64,000 nucleotides of DNA, from contig OZ024741.1 of NCBI GenBank assembly GCA_964016885.1, forward strand, positions 148,180,001 to 148,244,000, written 5' to 3'. The position numbers and the translations under genes were made by a program. The notes beneath the pieces were generated by a model that was not told the DNA's origin, did no database searches, and saw only the letters and a program-made list of their open reading frames with translations. Shown one piece after another: positions 1-11,599 of this stretch (position 1 is its first letter; each line of letters opens with the position of its first letter). Source of the stretch: Eledone cirrhosa (Eukaryota).

Positions 1-637
1 GAGACTAATGAGTTTTTCTCATTCTAAGACAGTCCAGTGTGATTTGAAGGAGATTTGGGTGCTATTTTGAACAGATTGATTGACCATGTAGAGACTCTAT
101 AATTGGCTCAGGCCATATACAAGTAATTTAAAACTGTAATAATAATGAATGGAGTATTTGTATTTGTGTATGTGCACCACTAGTCACTGCAAATGCTATG
201 TTGACACTTTATAAAAAGCAAGCAGTGACATTGTTTATGTTCCCTATAAGCAAACAATATGCCCTGAAGAACATTTAACAGTATATACCATACTTGAAAA
301 AATAAGTTATGAGTTGCTGTCAGGAAGGGTATCTAGCCATAGAAAACCTGCCACAAGAGTCTTGTCCCAACATATTCAAGGAAAAAGGAGACAAAAATGA
401 TAAGGATGAAGATCTTAATCTTTTGATACAACCTGTCCAAAACCAGCTGGTTCATACAAATAAAATACCCATTTTGAAGGGTGCCTATTTAAATTAAAAC
501 CTTCCAAAATAATTTTATCTAAGAACCTTTTGTTAATTTACAAATACCATAGGAATTATGAAATAATAATCTTAGTAGATTCATTCAAATACAGTGTATT
601 TTATTAGAAATATCATAACAAAAGGATTAAAACTTAC

Positions 638-813
638 CTTTAAATCTGTCTGTGTGACAAGAATGAACGAACCAATTGACCAACTGGCAAGGAATTCATG
701 GGTCTTGGAATAGCACCATGATAATGCAATGCATGCTGTTGTTTGAAGGCGAGTGAAAAGAGACAATATTCGAGTTGGGTCCACAACAGACTTCTGTAAA
801 CTGGACTCAGGTC
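638..813 (-). CDS. CCDC142: Host gene coding exon (4th visible), CCDC142-like
   Basis: Acceptor ttgttgaag|GA, donor AAG|gtaagt; 176 bp, phase 1->0. Encodes ...LQTTACIALSWCYSKTHEFLASWSIGSFILVTQTDLK, resembling the recalled human CCDC142 segment LQTTLLWFLGRAQQYLAAWDPASFLLLIQKDL. Confidence 0.8.
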
Positions 814-1082
814 CTTCAACAATAAAAACATGTTTCTTTTTAATCCAGAAAAGAATTTGATAAAATAGAATCAAGAAAATAATTCTTTACTGTTTCTAAA
901 CCAAATAATACATTGTCAAAAATTATCACACAATTATTTTACATGAATTTTCTGTGTGTATCTGGTTTAGAATAGGTACATCATATACACGCATGTCATA
1001 AGAAATTACTGAAGGTTTCGTACCAGGATGTTCATCTGGATATAAAACATTGTTTTAAAACAGCAAGGAAAAATGGCCTTAA

Positions 1083-2075
1083 CCCTTTAACATTTACATC
1101 TCTCTCTATATAAAATTCTTTGTCTCTCTATCCGTCTGTCTGTTTCCTTTTGCATTCTCAAACGGCTCAACCAAATCAAAATCAAATCAAATTTTGCAAG
1201 TATTGGACGCCGGGATTAACAACATATAATTTTTTATTTTCATTTGGATTAAAACAATATAACATCTTATCTATAATATTCTTCTATAGACTATAAGTAA
1301 ATGACATTTTATAACACAACAATGATGACAACACTATATTTTGTATATGAGTATGTATGTGTCTGTGAGTTTGTGCATTTGTTACAAACATTAGGCCTTA
1401 GTAAGTTACATACACATACATCTTCACACAGAGAATTAAACACACACACATCTACACATACATATACATGTGTCATGACTGACAAGTATATGTGTATGAG
1501 TGTATGTGAGGTTGACATTAAGAGGCTTCAGTTACCAGTCAAACTAAGTTTTGTTATTTCAACTAACAAATCTCAGGGTCAATCCCTCAATGTAGTTGGA
1601 CTTGATCTCTCTACTACATGTTTCTCCCATGGTCAACTCTATGTTGGTTGCTCACGAGTTGGAAACAGCAACAATTTATTCATTTGGACACCAACATAAA
1701 ATTACACAATGAATATTGTTTACCCTGAGGTGCTTCAAGATTGACAGGTTTTCATTTTTAAATTCTATTATCATTACAATTTTAATATTTTTTTTATTAT
1801 AAAATGTAGATATTTGAAATAATTATGAGAAAAACAAATATATCTCCATATTTATTGTTTACTAATATGAATAAAAACAGCAGTAACCCGCGCAACACCG
1901 GGTGACTCAGCTAGTTACTGTATATAAACTATTGTATTTTCACAGTAAAGGCTTTGATATTATTTATTTTGAGAAAAATACCTTAACGTCGATATGAGGG
2001 GCCGGTTGAGGCCTGTTTGAACAGAAAGAGGTGAGAGAATTCTGGCTGGATATGGCTGGTTTAAATGCTAAAGGG
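1083..2075. mobile_element. Non-autonomous piggyBac-type MITE interrupted by a Helitron
   Basis: TTAA|CCCTTTAaCATTTA ... TAAATGCTAAAGGG|TTAA termini with TTAA duplication; an uninterrupted homolog lies at 38374-38572. Confidence 0.75.
1099..1914 (+). mobile_element. Non-autonomous Helitron with PIF1-helicase C-terminal remnant
   Basis: 5' TC, 3' hairpin CCCGcgcaacacCGGG then CTAG, inserted between A and T. ORF 1301-1699 contains KRLQLPVKLSFVISTNKSQGQSL...FSHGQLYVGCSRV. Confidence 0.88.
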
Positions 2076-2936
2076 TTAAACACTTGTTGCATTATTTTAC
2101 ATGAATGTTATTAAAACAGTGTCTTTAACAGTTGAATGCTTCTCCCCTACACAAAGAATATCAGTGTGAATAATCACTGGGAAAACAACAAATGGAACTG
2201 GACCTGTCAGCATTTCCACCATTTCTATGGATTCGCCAGAATTATGGAATTTACATTTCAACTACTAGCCACATACAGATTCAACTTGCTTTTTTTCTTT
2301 TCAAAGCAACCAGCCATTTTTTCCTGCTGATTCAATAATCTGTATCGTCTTACGACTAGAGAGGGAGTATTGTAGTGACCTATATTCCGCGGGCTCACAT
2401 ACATTCTCTGTGCGTGATTTAGCTCAGCTCAGCCAATCAGTGCCAGTAGAAGAGAATGTATCTCTACGCGCCCTGAGGGAAAAATTCCCCCTTTGATTTG
2501 AGAAATCTGTCTCTCGCATTCTGACTGTAAAAAGGTAAACAACTAACTTTTTTTCGTCGTGAAATCACTAGCCAACATGTAACACAACAACTTAACCACG
2601 GCCTGGCAACACTTCAGCCAGTGGACCGTGCCTTCTGAAATCCTTAATTTGTTTGTTTTATTACTCTTGGCATGCCTGCTTTACTCAGCTCTACATAGCT
2701 CAACCTTGTTAATAAATAATGTAAAACAAGCCAAAGTCGTTGCCGATTTTCTTACCACATCTTTCTACAGAACTGGTCACTCGTGGTGCTACTAACAATA
2801 ACACATCTTAACTGTTAAATTGGTGACTCTGCTGAAATAATTATCTTAACTGTTAAATGACTAATAATACTTATTTAATATATAAGAAAATTGCTTATGA
2901 ATATATATATATAAGAAAATATTATATATATATAAT

Positions 2937-3250
2937 GGAGGCACATGGCTTAGTGGTTAGAGCATTGGCCTTGCAATCGAAAGGTTGTGAGTTCAATTCT
3001 CAGACCAGGTGATGTATTGTTTCCTTGAGCAAGACACTTTATTTCATATTGTTCCAGTTTACTCAGCTGAAGAAATGAGTAAGTGCAAAGTGGTCGTGTA
3101 GGTGCCACGGCAAAAAGCACCCAGCACTCACTGTAAATGAGGTTGGTGTTAGGAAGGGCATCCAGCTTTAGAAATCAAGCCAGAATCAGTTCCCGTCCCA
3201 CCCTTGCAAGCAGGGAAAAGCGGACGTAAAATGAAATGAAATGAAATGAT
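2937..3250 (+). mobile_element. tRNA-derived SINE with RTE-derived 3' tail
   Basis: A box TGGCTTAGTGG, B box GTTCAATTC, central CCTTGAGCAAGACACTTTA..ACTCAGCTG domain, tail GGAAGGGCATCCAGC shared with the adjacent LINE, (AAATG)n end. Confidence 0.8.
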
Positions 3251-3251
3251 G

Positions 3252-5145
3252 ATATGAAGACGGGGAAGGCAACCGGTCCATCGGGTATAGCTGCCGAGAT
3301 GCTGAAGGCATCTGGGTCAGTAGGTCACACCATAAGCACACGAATTGTTAACCAGGTAATACTAGAGCGTATCATACCAAAGGATTAGTGCAGCAGCATC
3401 ATTGTCAACTGCTAGATAGGTAAAGGTGATGCACTAGATAGAAGAAACTATAGAGGTATAAAGCTGATGGACCTGGTCATGAAAGTAATGGAAAGAGTTA
3501 TAGCACAGTTGATTAGGGACCGGGTGAAACTAGATGAGATGCAATTTGGGTTTGTACCAGGAAAAGGCACTGATGCCCTCTTCCTTGTGAGGCAGTTACA
3601 GGAAAAGTACCTATCTAAAAGTAAGCCGCTCTACCTGGCATTCGTCGATCTAGAAAAAGCCTTCGACAGAGTCCTGCGTGCTATAATCTGGTGGGCTCTT
3701 AGAAAATTAGGAGTAGATGAATGGCTTGTGAAAACTGTACAAGCCATGTATAAAGGAGCAGTCAGCAAAGTTAGAGTTAGCAATGAGTATAGCGAGGAAT
3801 TTAGCATACAGGTCGGTGTCCACCAAGGCTCTGTTCTTAGCCCTCTCCTGTTCATTATAGTTTTGCAGGCAATAACAGAGGAGTTTAAGACCGGATGCCC
3901 ATGGAAACTCCTGTATGCGGATGATCTCGCACTTATAGCTGAATCCATGGTGGAAGTAGAGAAGAAATTCCAAACATGGAAGCAGGGACTAGAAAGAAAG
4001 AGTCTCAAAGTCAACCAAACAAAGACTAAGGTTCTTGTAAGTAGACGAGAAAACAGAATCCAGATTCCCTCAGTATGTAGAAAAGGTGTAGGTAGGAACT
4101 CCATCCTCTGCTCCAAATGCAAACAATGGGTACACAAGAGATGTAGTGGGATCTCAGGAAGTTTAACTAAGAATGTAGTCTTCATATGTAGCAGCTGCGC
4201 TGGGACAGCAAGCAGCAAACGACCACAGGAAACAAGCACCACCAAACTCTGGGAGGGCTCTGTAGACAGCTTCTGCTACCTAGGTGACCGAATTAGCAGT
4301 GGAGGTGGGTGTTCGGAAAGTACAATAACTAGAGTAAGAACGGGATGGAAGAAGTTCAGGGAGCTACAGCCACTGCTAGCTGCAAAAGGCTTTTTCCTCA
4401 AAATGAAAGACAGACTGTATGATGTGTGTATACGAACAGCAATGTTACATGGAAGTGAAACCCGGGCGCTGTCTGTAGAAGACTTGCGCAGATTAGAAAG
4501 AAACGAAGCTCCGATGGATGTGTAATAGTAATATACGCGAACGGCAAAGTATAAACGAATTGAGAGAGAGACTGAGCATCAGAGGAATCAAATGCTGTGT
4601 GCAGGAGAGGTGGTTGCGTTGGTATGGAAATGTGATGCGTATGAAGGATGACAGCTGCATAAAAAGGTGCAGAGCACTAGAAGTCGATGGAAGCTGCGGA
4701 GTGGGGAGACCCAAGAAGACCTGGGATAAGGTGATAAAGGCCGACCTTACCCAATTACACCTCTCAAGAGCAATGACACACGACCGTAACCTCTGGCGTC
4801 ACGCAGTAACACAGAAGACCCGACCCCCCCACAGGAACAAGCTGAAGCATATAGACAATATGCCCCCACACCCTACCACTGCAAACTGGTCGTGGAGGTG
4901 CTACGGCAAAAAAGCACCCAGCCCACACTGTAAAAGTGGACATGTAGGTGCCATGGAAAAAAGCACCCAGCACTCACTGTAAATGAGGTTGGTGTTAGGA
5001 AGGGCATCCAGCTGTAGAAATCAAGCCAGAATCCGTTCCTGTATGAGCAAGACAAGGTCAGCCGACTGGACACTGCTCACAACAGGACAACCCGTCTAAC
5101 CCATGCTAGCGTGGAAGAACGGACGTAAAACGATGATGATGGTGA
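3252..5145 (+). mobile_element. 5'-truncated RTE-clade LINE (RT, frameshifted)
   Basis: QFGF, FVDLEKAFD, GVHQGSVLSP, LYADD; frameshifted C-terminus LRWYGNVMRM/GRPKKTW/DRNLWR; 3' UTR ending in (GAT)n. Confidence 0.93.
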
Positions 5146-5792
5146 TATATATATATATAGTATGTGTATATATAAGAAAATTGCTTATGAATGAAAACTC
5201 AATTTATTTTTAGAAATATATACATATACATGTATATATGTATATGCATACATATATTGGGGAGAGTTCTCTTTTAAAACATCAATTACCAATCAACCTT
5301 GTTTTACTCATTTGCATTTATGTGTCAAGCCTTCTTTCTTTCCTATTAGTAATATTATTTAAATTTTAATAACCACATGAGAAACAAAAAACAGCAAGAT
5401 CACAGCCAACATACAGTACTTTCACTTAAAATTATGGAAGACTATCAGTATTATAATAATTTCAACAGTTCACCGGCAACAGCACCACTGACATCACCAC
5501 TTTACACATGCATATTACACACACACACAGAGCCATAATGTCACCCAGATGTTAATAGTTTTACTGTAAATGTGTTTTTTTTAGGAAGTGGGGATATACA
5601 GATGATAACTTTTGCAGGAAAAAGAGGATAAAATACAAACTATATATATTTTTTAAATATGAATTAATCACTCCAAAGTAAATAAACATAATTTTCCCTC
5701 ACTATTTATGTGAAAAGCAATTGCTTTAATTTTTTTCCCTATATTAACTAAAGTGATGACTAAATTATATAAAGCCTTACTCTCTCTTTCTT

Positions 5793-5823
<31 letters not shown>

Positions 5824-5828
5824 CACAC

Positions 5829-6142
5829 AGAGGTGTAGAGGAATGGCTTGTGAGGGCAGTGCAAGCTATGTACAGGGGTGCTATCAGTAAAGTGAGAGTA
5901 GGAATGGAGTTTAGTGAGGAATTCCAGATACAAGTAGGTGTACATCAGGGTTCGGTCCTCAGCCCGCTCATGTTCATTATAGTCCTCCAAGCTATAACAG
6001 AGGAGTTTAAGACTAGATGCCCATGGGAACTTCTCTATGCTAATGATCTGACTCTTATAGCAGAATCAGTAGAGGAGCTAGAGAATAAATTCTGGCTATG
6101 GAAACAACAGTTGGAATCAAGAGGACTGAGAGTGAACATAGC
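5829..6142 (+). mobile_element. RTE LINE RT fragment
   Basis: GVHQGSVLSPLMFIIVL...LLYAND, same family as 3467-4525. Confidence 0.85.
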
Positions 6143-6545
6143 TAGACTTCAAGGAGTATTACCTTGAAGTTCTGAAAAGGTTCAGGGAGGGGATGAGGAA
6201 GGAGAGGCTGGAGCATTAGAGAGTGATGGTTCCACCAGGACAATGCCCCTCGCTACAAGTCAATGCTGGTGACCGCCTGGATGACCAATGGAGGAATGAA
6301 TGTGGTACAACAACTACACTACAGCCGTGCCCTGGTTCCTTATGACTTCTTCCTGTTCCCTCACATCAAGGACAACCGCAGGGAAATCAGAATCGAGTCA
6401 ACACAGGACCTGAAGGAAGTATCAGGGAATTTCCTGATGGGACTGCAGAAGAAGGACTGGGAGGAAGTGTTCTAGGAGTGGGGAAGACGTCTGTGCAAAT
6501 GTGTAGATGTGAGAAATCATTATTTTGAAGAAGATAACATTTTGT
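6143..6545 (+). mobile_element. Degenerate mariner/Tc1 transposase C-terminal fragment
   Basis: HQDNAP, YSRALVPYDFFLFP (degenerate YSPDLAPxDFxLF), RLCKCVDVRNHYFE; internal stops. Confidence 0.8.
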
Positions 6546-6585
6546 AAGCTTATGAAAATAAATAATTACTCTCCTGAAATATGTA

Positions 6586-7373
6586 CATCATCATCATCAT
6601 CACCGTTTTACATCCATTCTTCCACGCTAGCATGGGTTAGAGAGGTTGTCCTGTTGTAGGTAATGCCAGGTCGAGTGACCCTGTCTTGCTCATACAGAAC
6701 TGATTTTCACTTGATTTCTACAGCTGGATGCCCTTCCTAACACCAACTTCATTTACAGTAAGTACTGGGTGCTTTTTTTACCGTGGCGCCTCCACGTCCA
6801 CTTTACAGTGTAGGCTGGGTGCTTTTTTGCCGTGGCACCTCGACGACCACTTAGCTGTGGGAGGTGATGGGGGCATATTGTCTATATGCTTCAGCTTCGC
6901 CTTGTACCCGTGGGAAGTTGGGTCTTCTGTATTATTGCGTAACGCCAGAGGTCTCGGTTCTGTGTCATCGCCCTTGAGAGGTGCAATTGGGTAAGGTCAG
7001 CTTTTATCACTTCATCCCAAGTCTTCTTGGGTCTCCCCACTCCAAAGTTTCCATCGACTTTTAGTGCTCTGCACCTTTTTATGCAGCTGTCATCCTTCAT
7101 ACGCATCATATGTCCATACCAACGCAACCCACTTTCCTGCATACAGCATTTGATTCCTCTTATGCTCAGTCTCTCTCTCAATTTGTTTATGCTTTGCTGT
7201 TCGTGTATATTACTATTACACATCCATCGAAGCATGCAAGCTTTGTTTCTTTCTAATCTACGCAAGTCTTCTACACACATTGCTGTTTGTATGCATCATA
7301 CAGTCTGCCTTTTATTTTGAGGGCAAAGCCTTTTGCAGCTAACAGTGGCAGTAGCTCCCTCAATTTCTTCCAT
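6586..7373 (-). mobile_element. RTE LINE 3' fragment
   Basis: ORF 6891-7280 closely resembles 4518-4982; (CAT)n tail at 6586-6601. Confidence 0.9.
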
Positions 7374-8130
7374 CATATATAATGAGAAAGTAAATAACCA
7401 AGGTTTAATAAATTATTTAATTGATTTACACATGTTTCATTCAAATACAGGAGGTGGTATTCTATTCCTCTGTATGGAATTCATCAGAATCATTAGATAA
7501 TATAAAAAAGATATTTTTTTTACCAACCGTATGCCGAAGGACTCCAAACACAAAAAATTTGAAAAGTGTAAACAAGCTTTACATATTGTCGGGAAAATAT
7601 TAAAAATTATGATGACTAGACACGCAAATTAAAATGTTTTAGTAATACATACACTATGTAGTGGTTGGTTTGACTGTAATATCTAATAGTTGTATTTTGA
7701 CTCAAATTAACATTATAGGAGTGAAATTAGGACTTATCAATTTAATAACCCTTATTAATTAAAATTACAACCAATTTTAATTCTAACTAGATAGTATGTT
7801 AAGAAAAAACAAAATAAAAATTATGGAAGCTTAAATTAGTAATAATGTATAAATCAGTAAAAAGATTTATATTGCTTAAGAACTATCAACCTAAATGTTA
7901 CAACTATTTTTTAATATTGTGTACATGTGCACAAACACATACACACACGGGTATATGTGTACCCATACATACATACACTTCTATGTGTGTCCACTGATAT
8001 ATGTGCATATGTGCAGGTAGAAGCATATCTGCACACACATACATATATCATGTATCAATAAGGTAATAGGATGTGTATTAGCCTAATGGTTTTACATATA
8101 TGTATAGTTGTACACACATACACTCACATA

Positions 8131-8161
<31 letters not shown>

Positions 8162-8202
8162 GCATGCATATACACACATACATACATATAACTGTATACA
8201 TA

Positions 8203-8420
8203 TCATCATCATCTTCGTTTAACGATCATCTTCCATGCTAGCATGGGTTTAGACGGGAGTTGTCCCACTTGAGGCAAGGTTGGTCGGGTGACCGTGTCTC
8301 GCTCATATAGGACTATCTGGCAGGTTTTTTACGGCTGGATGCCCTTCCTAACACCAACCACATTTACAGTGTGGAACTGGGAACTTTTTACCGTGTTACC
8401 TACATGGCCACATTACAGCG
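8203..8420 (-). mobile_element. RTE/SINE 3' tail fragment
   Basis: (CAT)n, CCATGCTAGCATGG, GCTGGATGCCCTTCCTAACACCAACC. Confidence 0.75.
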
Positions 8421-8800
8421 TGGACTGTGTGTTTTTTTTCCGTGACACCTACACGATCTCATTATCTCATTTATTTGGATATATACATACACACACAATT
8501 ACATACACAGATGAATACATACATTTAAGATGGGAATAATAATAAATGTTAAATGACAGTACAATCAATAGGCAGGGCAAACAATACCAACAAGACGACT
8601 ATTAAGTACAGTAAGAGGAAAGGAACGGAGATACTTAATTAGAATGTAAAGGTAAAAATTAATCAGGTTCCAGGGTGTTATAAAAGAAAGAATGAAAGGT
8701 TCTATGTACATTTTAAAATGGGCAGTTTTGTATCATAAAACCAGAGTTGTTTCAGGTGGGCTGGTATCAAAAGAGTTAAAATTTCATTTGAAACTCTTAC

Positions 8801-8959
8801 CTGTTGAGTTCAAACTCTGAATACAATTTTCCAGTGCAGACAATAATGGTTGATATGTGTCTTTCAAGAGCAATCCAGTTTTCGTGCTGTAGTCTCCATT
8901 ACCTAATGGACACGGATAGCATTTGTCCACTGTCCTTAAACCTTCAACTTTACAAACAC
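8801..8959 (-). CDS. CCDC142: Host gene coding exon (3rd visible), CCDC142-like
   Basis: Acceptor ttttgtttttgtttcgttaaag|, donor ACAG|gtaag; 159 bp, phase 1->1, open. VCKVEG...STKTGLLLKDTYQPLLSALE resembles recalled human SSGTAELLQQLFPPLLDALRE. Confidence 0.8.
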
Positions 8960-9425
8960 CTTTAACGAAACAAAAACAAAATCACCATCACACATCATCA
9001 TTTTATGTCCGCTTTTCCCAGCTTGCAAGGGTGGGATGGGTCCTGTTCAGCATCTCTCCCCTTGTCACGGTCCTTCGTCATCTCCTCCGTGAGTTTCAGT
9101 GTGTCATAAAAGAAAGAGTGAAAGGTTCTATGTACATTTTAAAATGGGCAGTTTTGTATCATTCTTTCTTTTATAACATGCTGAAACTCACGGCGGAGAT
9201 GACGAAGGACCGTGACAAGTGGAGAGATGCTCGAAATATGATGAAACATAAGTATATAAGCTATAGTTTATTCTGGTCTCAGTACCAAGTAAATAAATAT
9301 CACTGATGATGGATAAAAGTCTTGAAACACTAGTGTCTGGTGTTCTCAGATGGTTAATGAGATATCTGTGATATGCTTACAACTTAAAACATTCATAGTG
9401 AGACTTATACATGTTTATTATACAC

Positions 9426-10560
9426 TACCATTAAAGCCCGGCGTTGCTCGGGGTCATTAAGTTACCAAAGTTAGGTTGCACCACCCATTTTATGGCAGCA
9501 CTTTTTTGTCTGCCAGGCACTGGGTGAATGAATTGCAGACCTGGAAGCAGGAGCTGCGCCAGCAGTGACAATTGTAGTTTCGCCTATGGATATTATCTCT
9601 GTGCAAAAAAGTGTTGAAATTTATTGTTTCACAGTACTTGCGCAACACGCGCGTAGACGATGCCAGCCGAACAACAGAGCTGCGATGGAGTTGTTCTGCA
9701 TGGTTGTCTGTGTGTTTTCTAAATTTAAGACAGTAGGAAGGGTTGTGATATGAGGGAGAGTTAGCTGTTGTTTCTAGCAGGTTTAGTGACGTCATAGAGG
9801 ATATGTGTTTTCTAAATTTAAGACAGTAGGGAGTGGTGTGATATGGGGGAGAGTTAGCTGCTGTTTCTAGCAGGTTTAGTAACCTCATAGAGGATATGTG
9901 TTTTCTAAATTTAAGACAGTAGGCAGTGGTGTGATATGGGGGAGAGTTAGCTGCTGTTTCTAGCAGGTTTAGTGACCTCATAGAAGATATGTTTTCTAAA
10001 TTTAAGACATTAGGGACGGGTGTGGTATGGAGGAAAGATAGCTGCTGTTTCTAGCAGGTTTAGTGACCTCATAGAGGATATTATTGTTTATCATTATCTA
10101 TAAAAGGCAGATTGTTGTTGTTGAAGTGAGTGTGTGTTTGTATGCGTTTGGAAAAGAGGTTTTAAAAAAGATTTATCGCTTGTTGTTGAATAAATGTATC
10201 TGTATAAAAGAGAAAGTAGCAAAATGTGTGGGTTGTAGTTAGAGGTAAGCAGATGATATGAGAGAGTAAAACGGACAGTATCACCATCAAGCTTGGAAAG
10301 AGAAAGTAGCAGAAAGTATGAAGTTGTATAGATTTTGAATGGTAGTGGAAAGAGTTTAGCAGTTTAAATGACAGAGAAAAATCGTAAAATATTGAGTTTT
10401 ATCTATTTTTTGCGTAATTGTGGGTGAAATTGAAAAAATTATCTGTGCCAAGACACAATCGAAGCTATTTCGAATACTGAATTGTAAATTTCAATTGAAG
10501 AAATTCTATATCGTAGATTTCTATAAGAAAGGAGCATGACCACACACTGAGCTTTATAGA
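9426..10560 (-). mobile_element. Non-autonomous Helitron-like element with internal 93-bp tandem array
   Basis: Minus-strand 3' hairpin CCCGAGCAACGCCGGG followed by GTAG (CTAG in the copy at 63485). The 5' boundary near TCTATAAAG at ~10560 is approximate. Confidence 0.65.
9709..10080. repeat. Minisatellite, ~4 x 93 bp
   Basis: AAATTTAAGAC recurs at 9721, 9814, 9907 and 9998. Confidence 0.9.
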
Positions 10561-11232
10561 TTATGATAAACATATTATATATGCCTTCATATACATTGCT
10601 GTAAAAAAATATGGTAAAATTGTAAATTGTTGTTTTCATTTGTTTTTCTTATTTTACTTTAGTTTTCACACCATTAATTCAAACTTGCATTGTACTGGCT
10701 TTCATAACCGTATATTTCACAATGCTTCACATAACCTATAAAATTACTGAGTTTTCACAATAATTTATTTCTGCTAATATGAATGAATGTTCCACAAATG
10801 TATACATTTACATATGGTCTAAAAACAGGTATTTGTAGCAGAAAATTTTAATATCTTCTTAAAAGAACTTGCTGTTTAGCCTCCCAGTCAACCCTGTTCA
10901 AACTAACTTATGAATAAAGGCATTCTGTTTGTGACCATCTCATTTGTTTTGGGATATCTAGGACTACAATATCCAATATGTCTTTCCCTTTTTGAAGATG
11001 GTGTTATGTGATTTAAGGGGTGCTTCACTGCTATTTCTAGATGTTTCAGTAATCATGGAGAGATTCTTTCATTTGCTTGGACACATTGTTAGTATTCTGT
11101 TTCTTTTTCTTTTGCTAGTCAGTCATCAGACTGTAGGCACTACCTCCAAGGAATTTAGTCAAACATATCAACCCCGGTACTTGTTTTTTCAAGTCTGGTA
11201 CTTATTTTACCAATCTCTAAATTGTAGGATAT

Positions 11233-11280
<48 letters not shown>

Positions 11281-11334
11281 TTATAGAAGTTGTTTGATTT
11301 AGCTGCTTAATTTAGACAGTAAGATATCGTCAGA

Positions 11335-11417
11335 GGCACCTTAGCTCAATGGTGAGAGCACTTAGCCAGTATCTGAGAGATATGCAGTTCAATTCCATGT
11401 ACTGGCAACATTTTTTT
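11335..11417 (+). mobile_element. Degenerate tRNA-like SINE head
   Basis: TAGCTCAATGGT (A box), GTTCAATTCC (B box), T-run; no intact cloverleaf. Confidence 0.45.
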
Positions 11418-11599
11418 CCATTTGTAAGAGTCTTTACCTAATTTTTAGCAACTGACTGTAATTGCAGTTATTTTCTGCACTTGAACATCCTACATTAACT
11501 ATAAAATTATTTCCTTAGAGCTTCGCACACGATGTTTATATATATGTACATTGTTTATAGTTAAAACAGGGCCATAGGGAAAAATATTCACTATTGCCC

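Noticed and set aside
2371-2835. Possible solo LTR (TGTAGTGA..., AATAAA, TTACCACA, downstream TGGTGAC)
   Set aside because: No consistent TSD or second LTR found; boundaries are ambiguous.
9490-9981. 163-aa ORF with 31-aa repeats; CRISPR-like periodicity (also 63550-63948)
   Set aside because: Whole 93-bp units repeat with no unique spacers and no cas genes; the ORF arises because the unit length is a multiple of 3 inside a Helitron.
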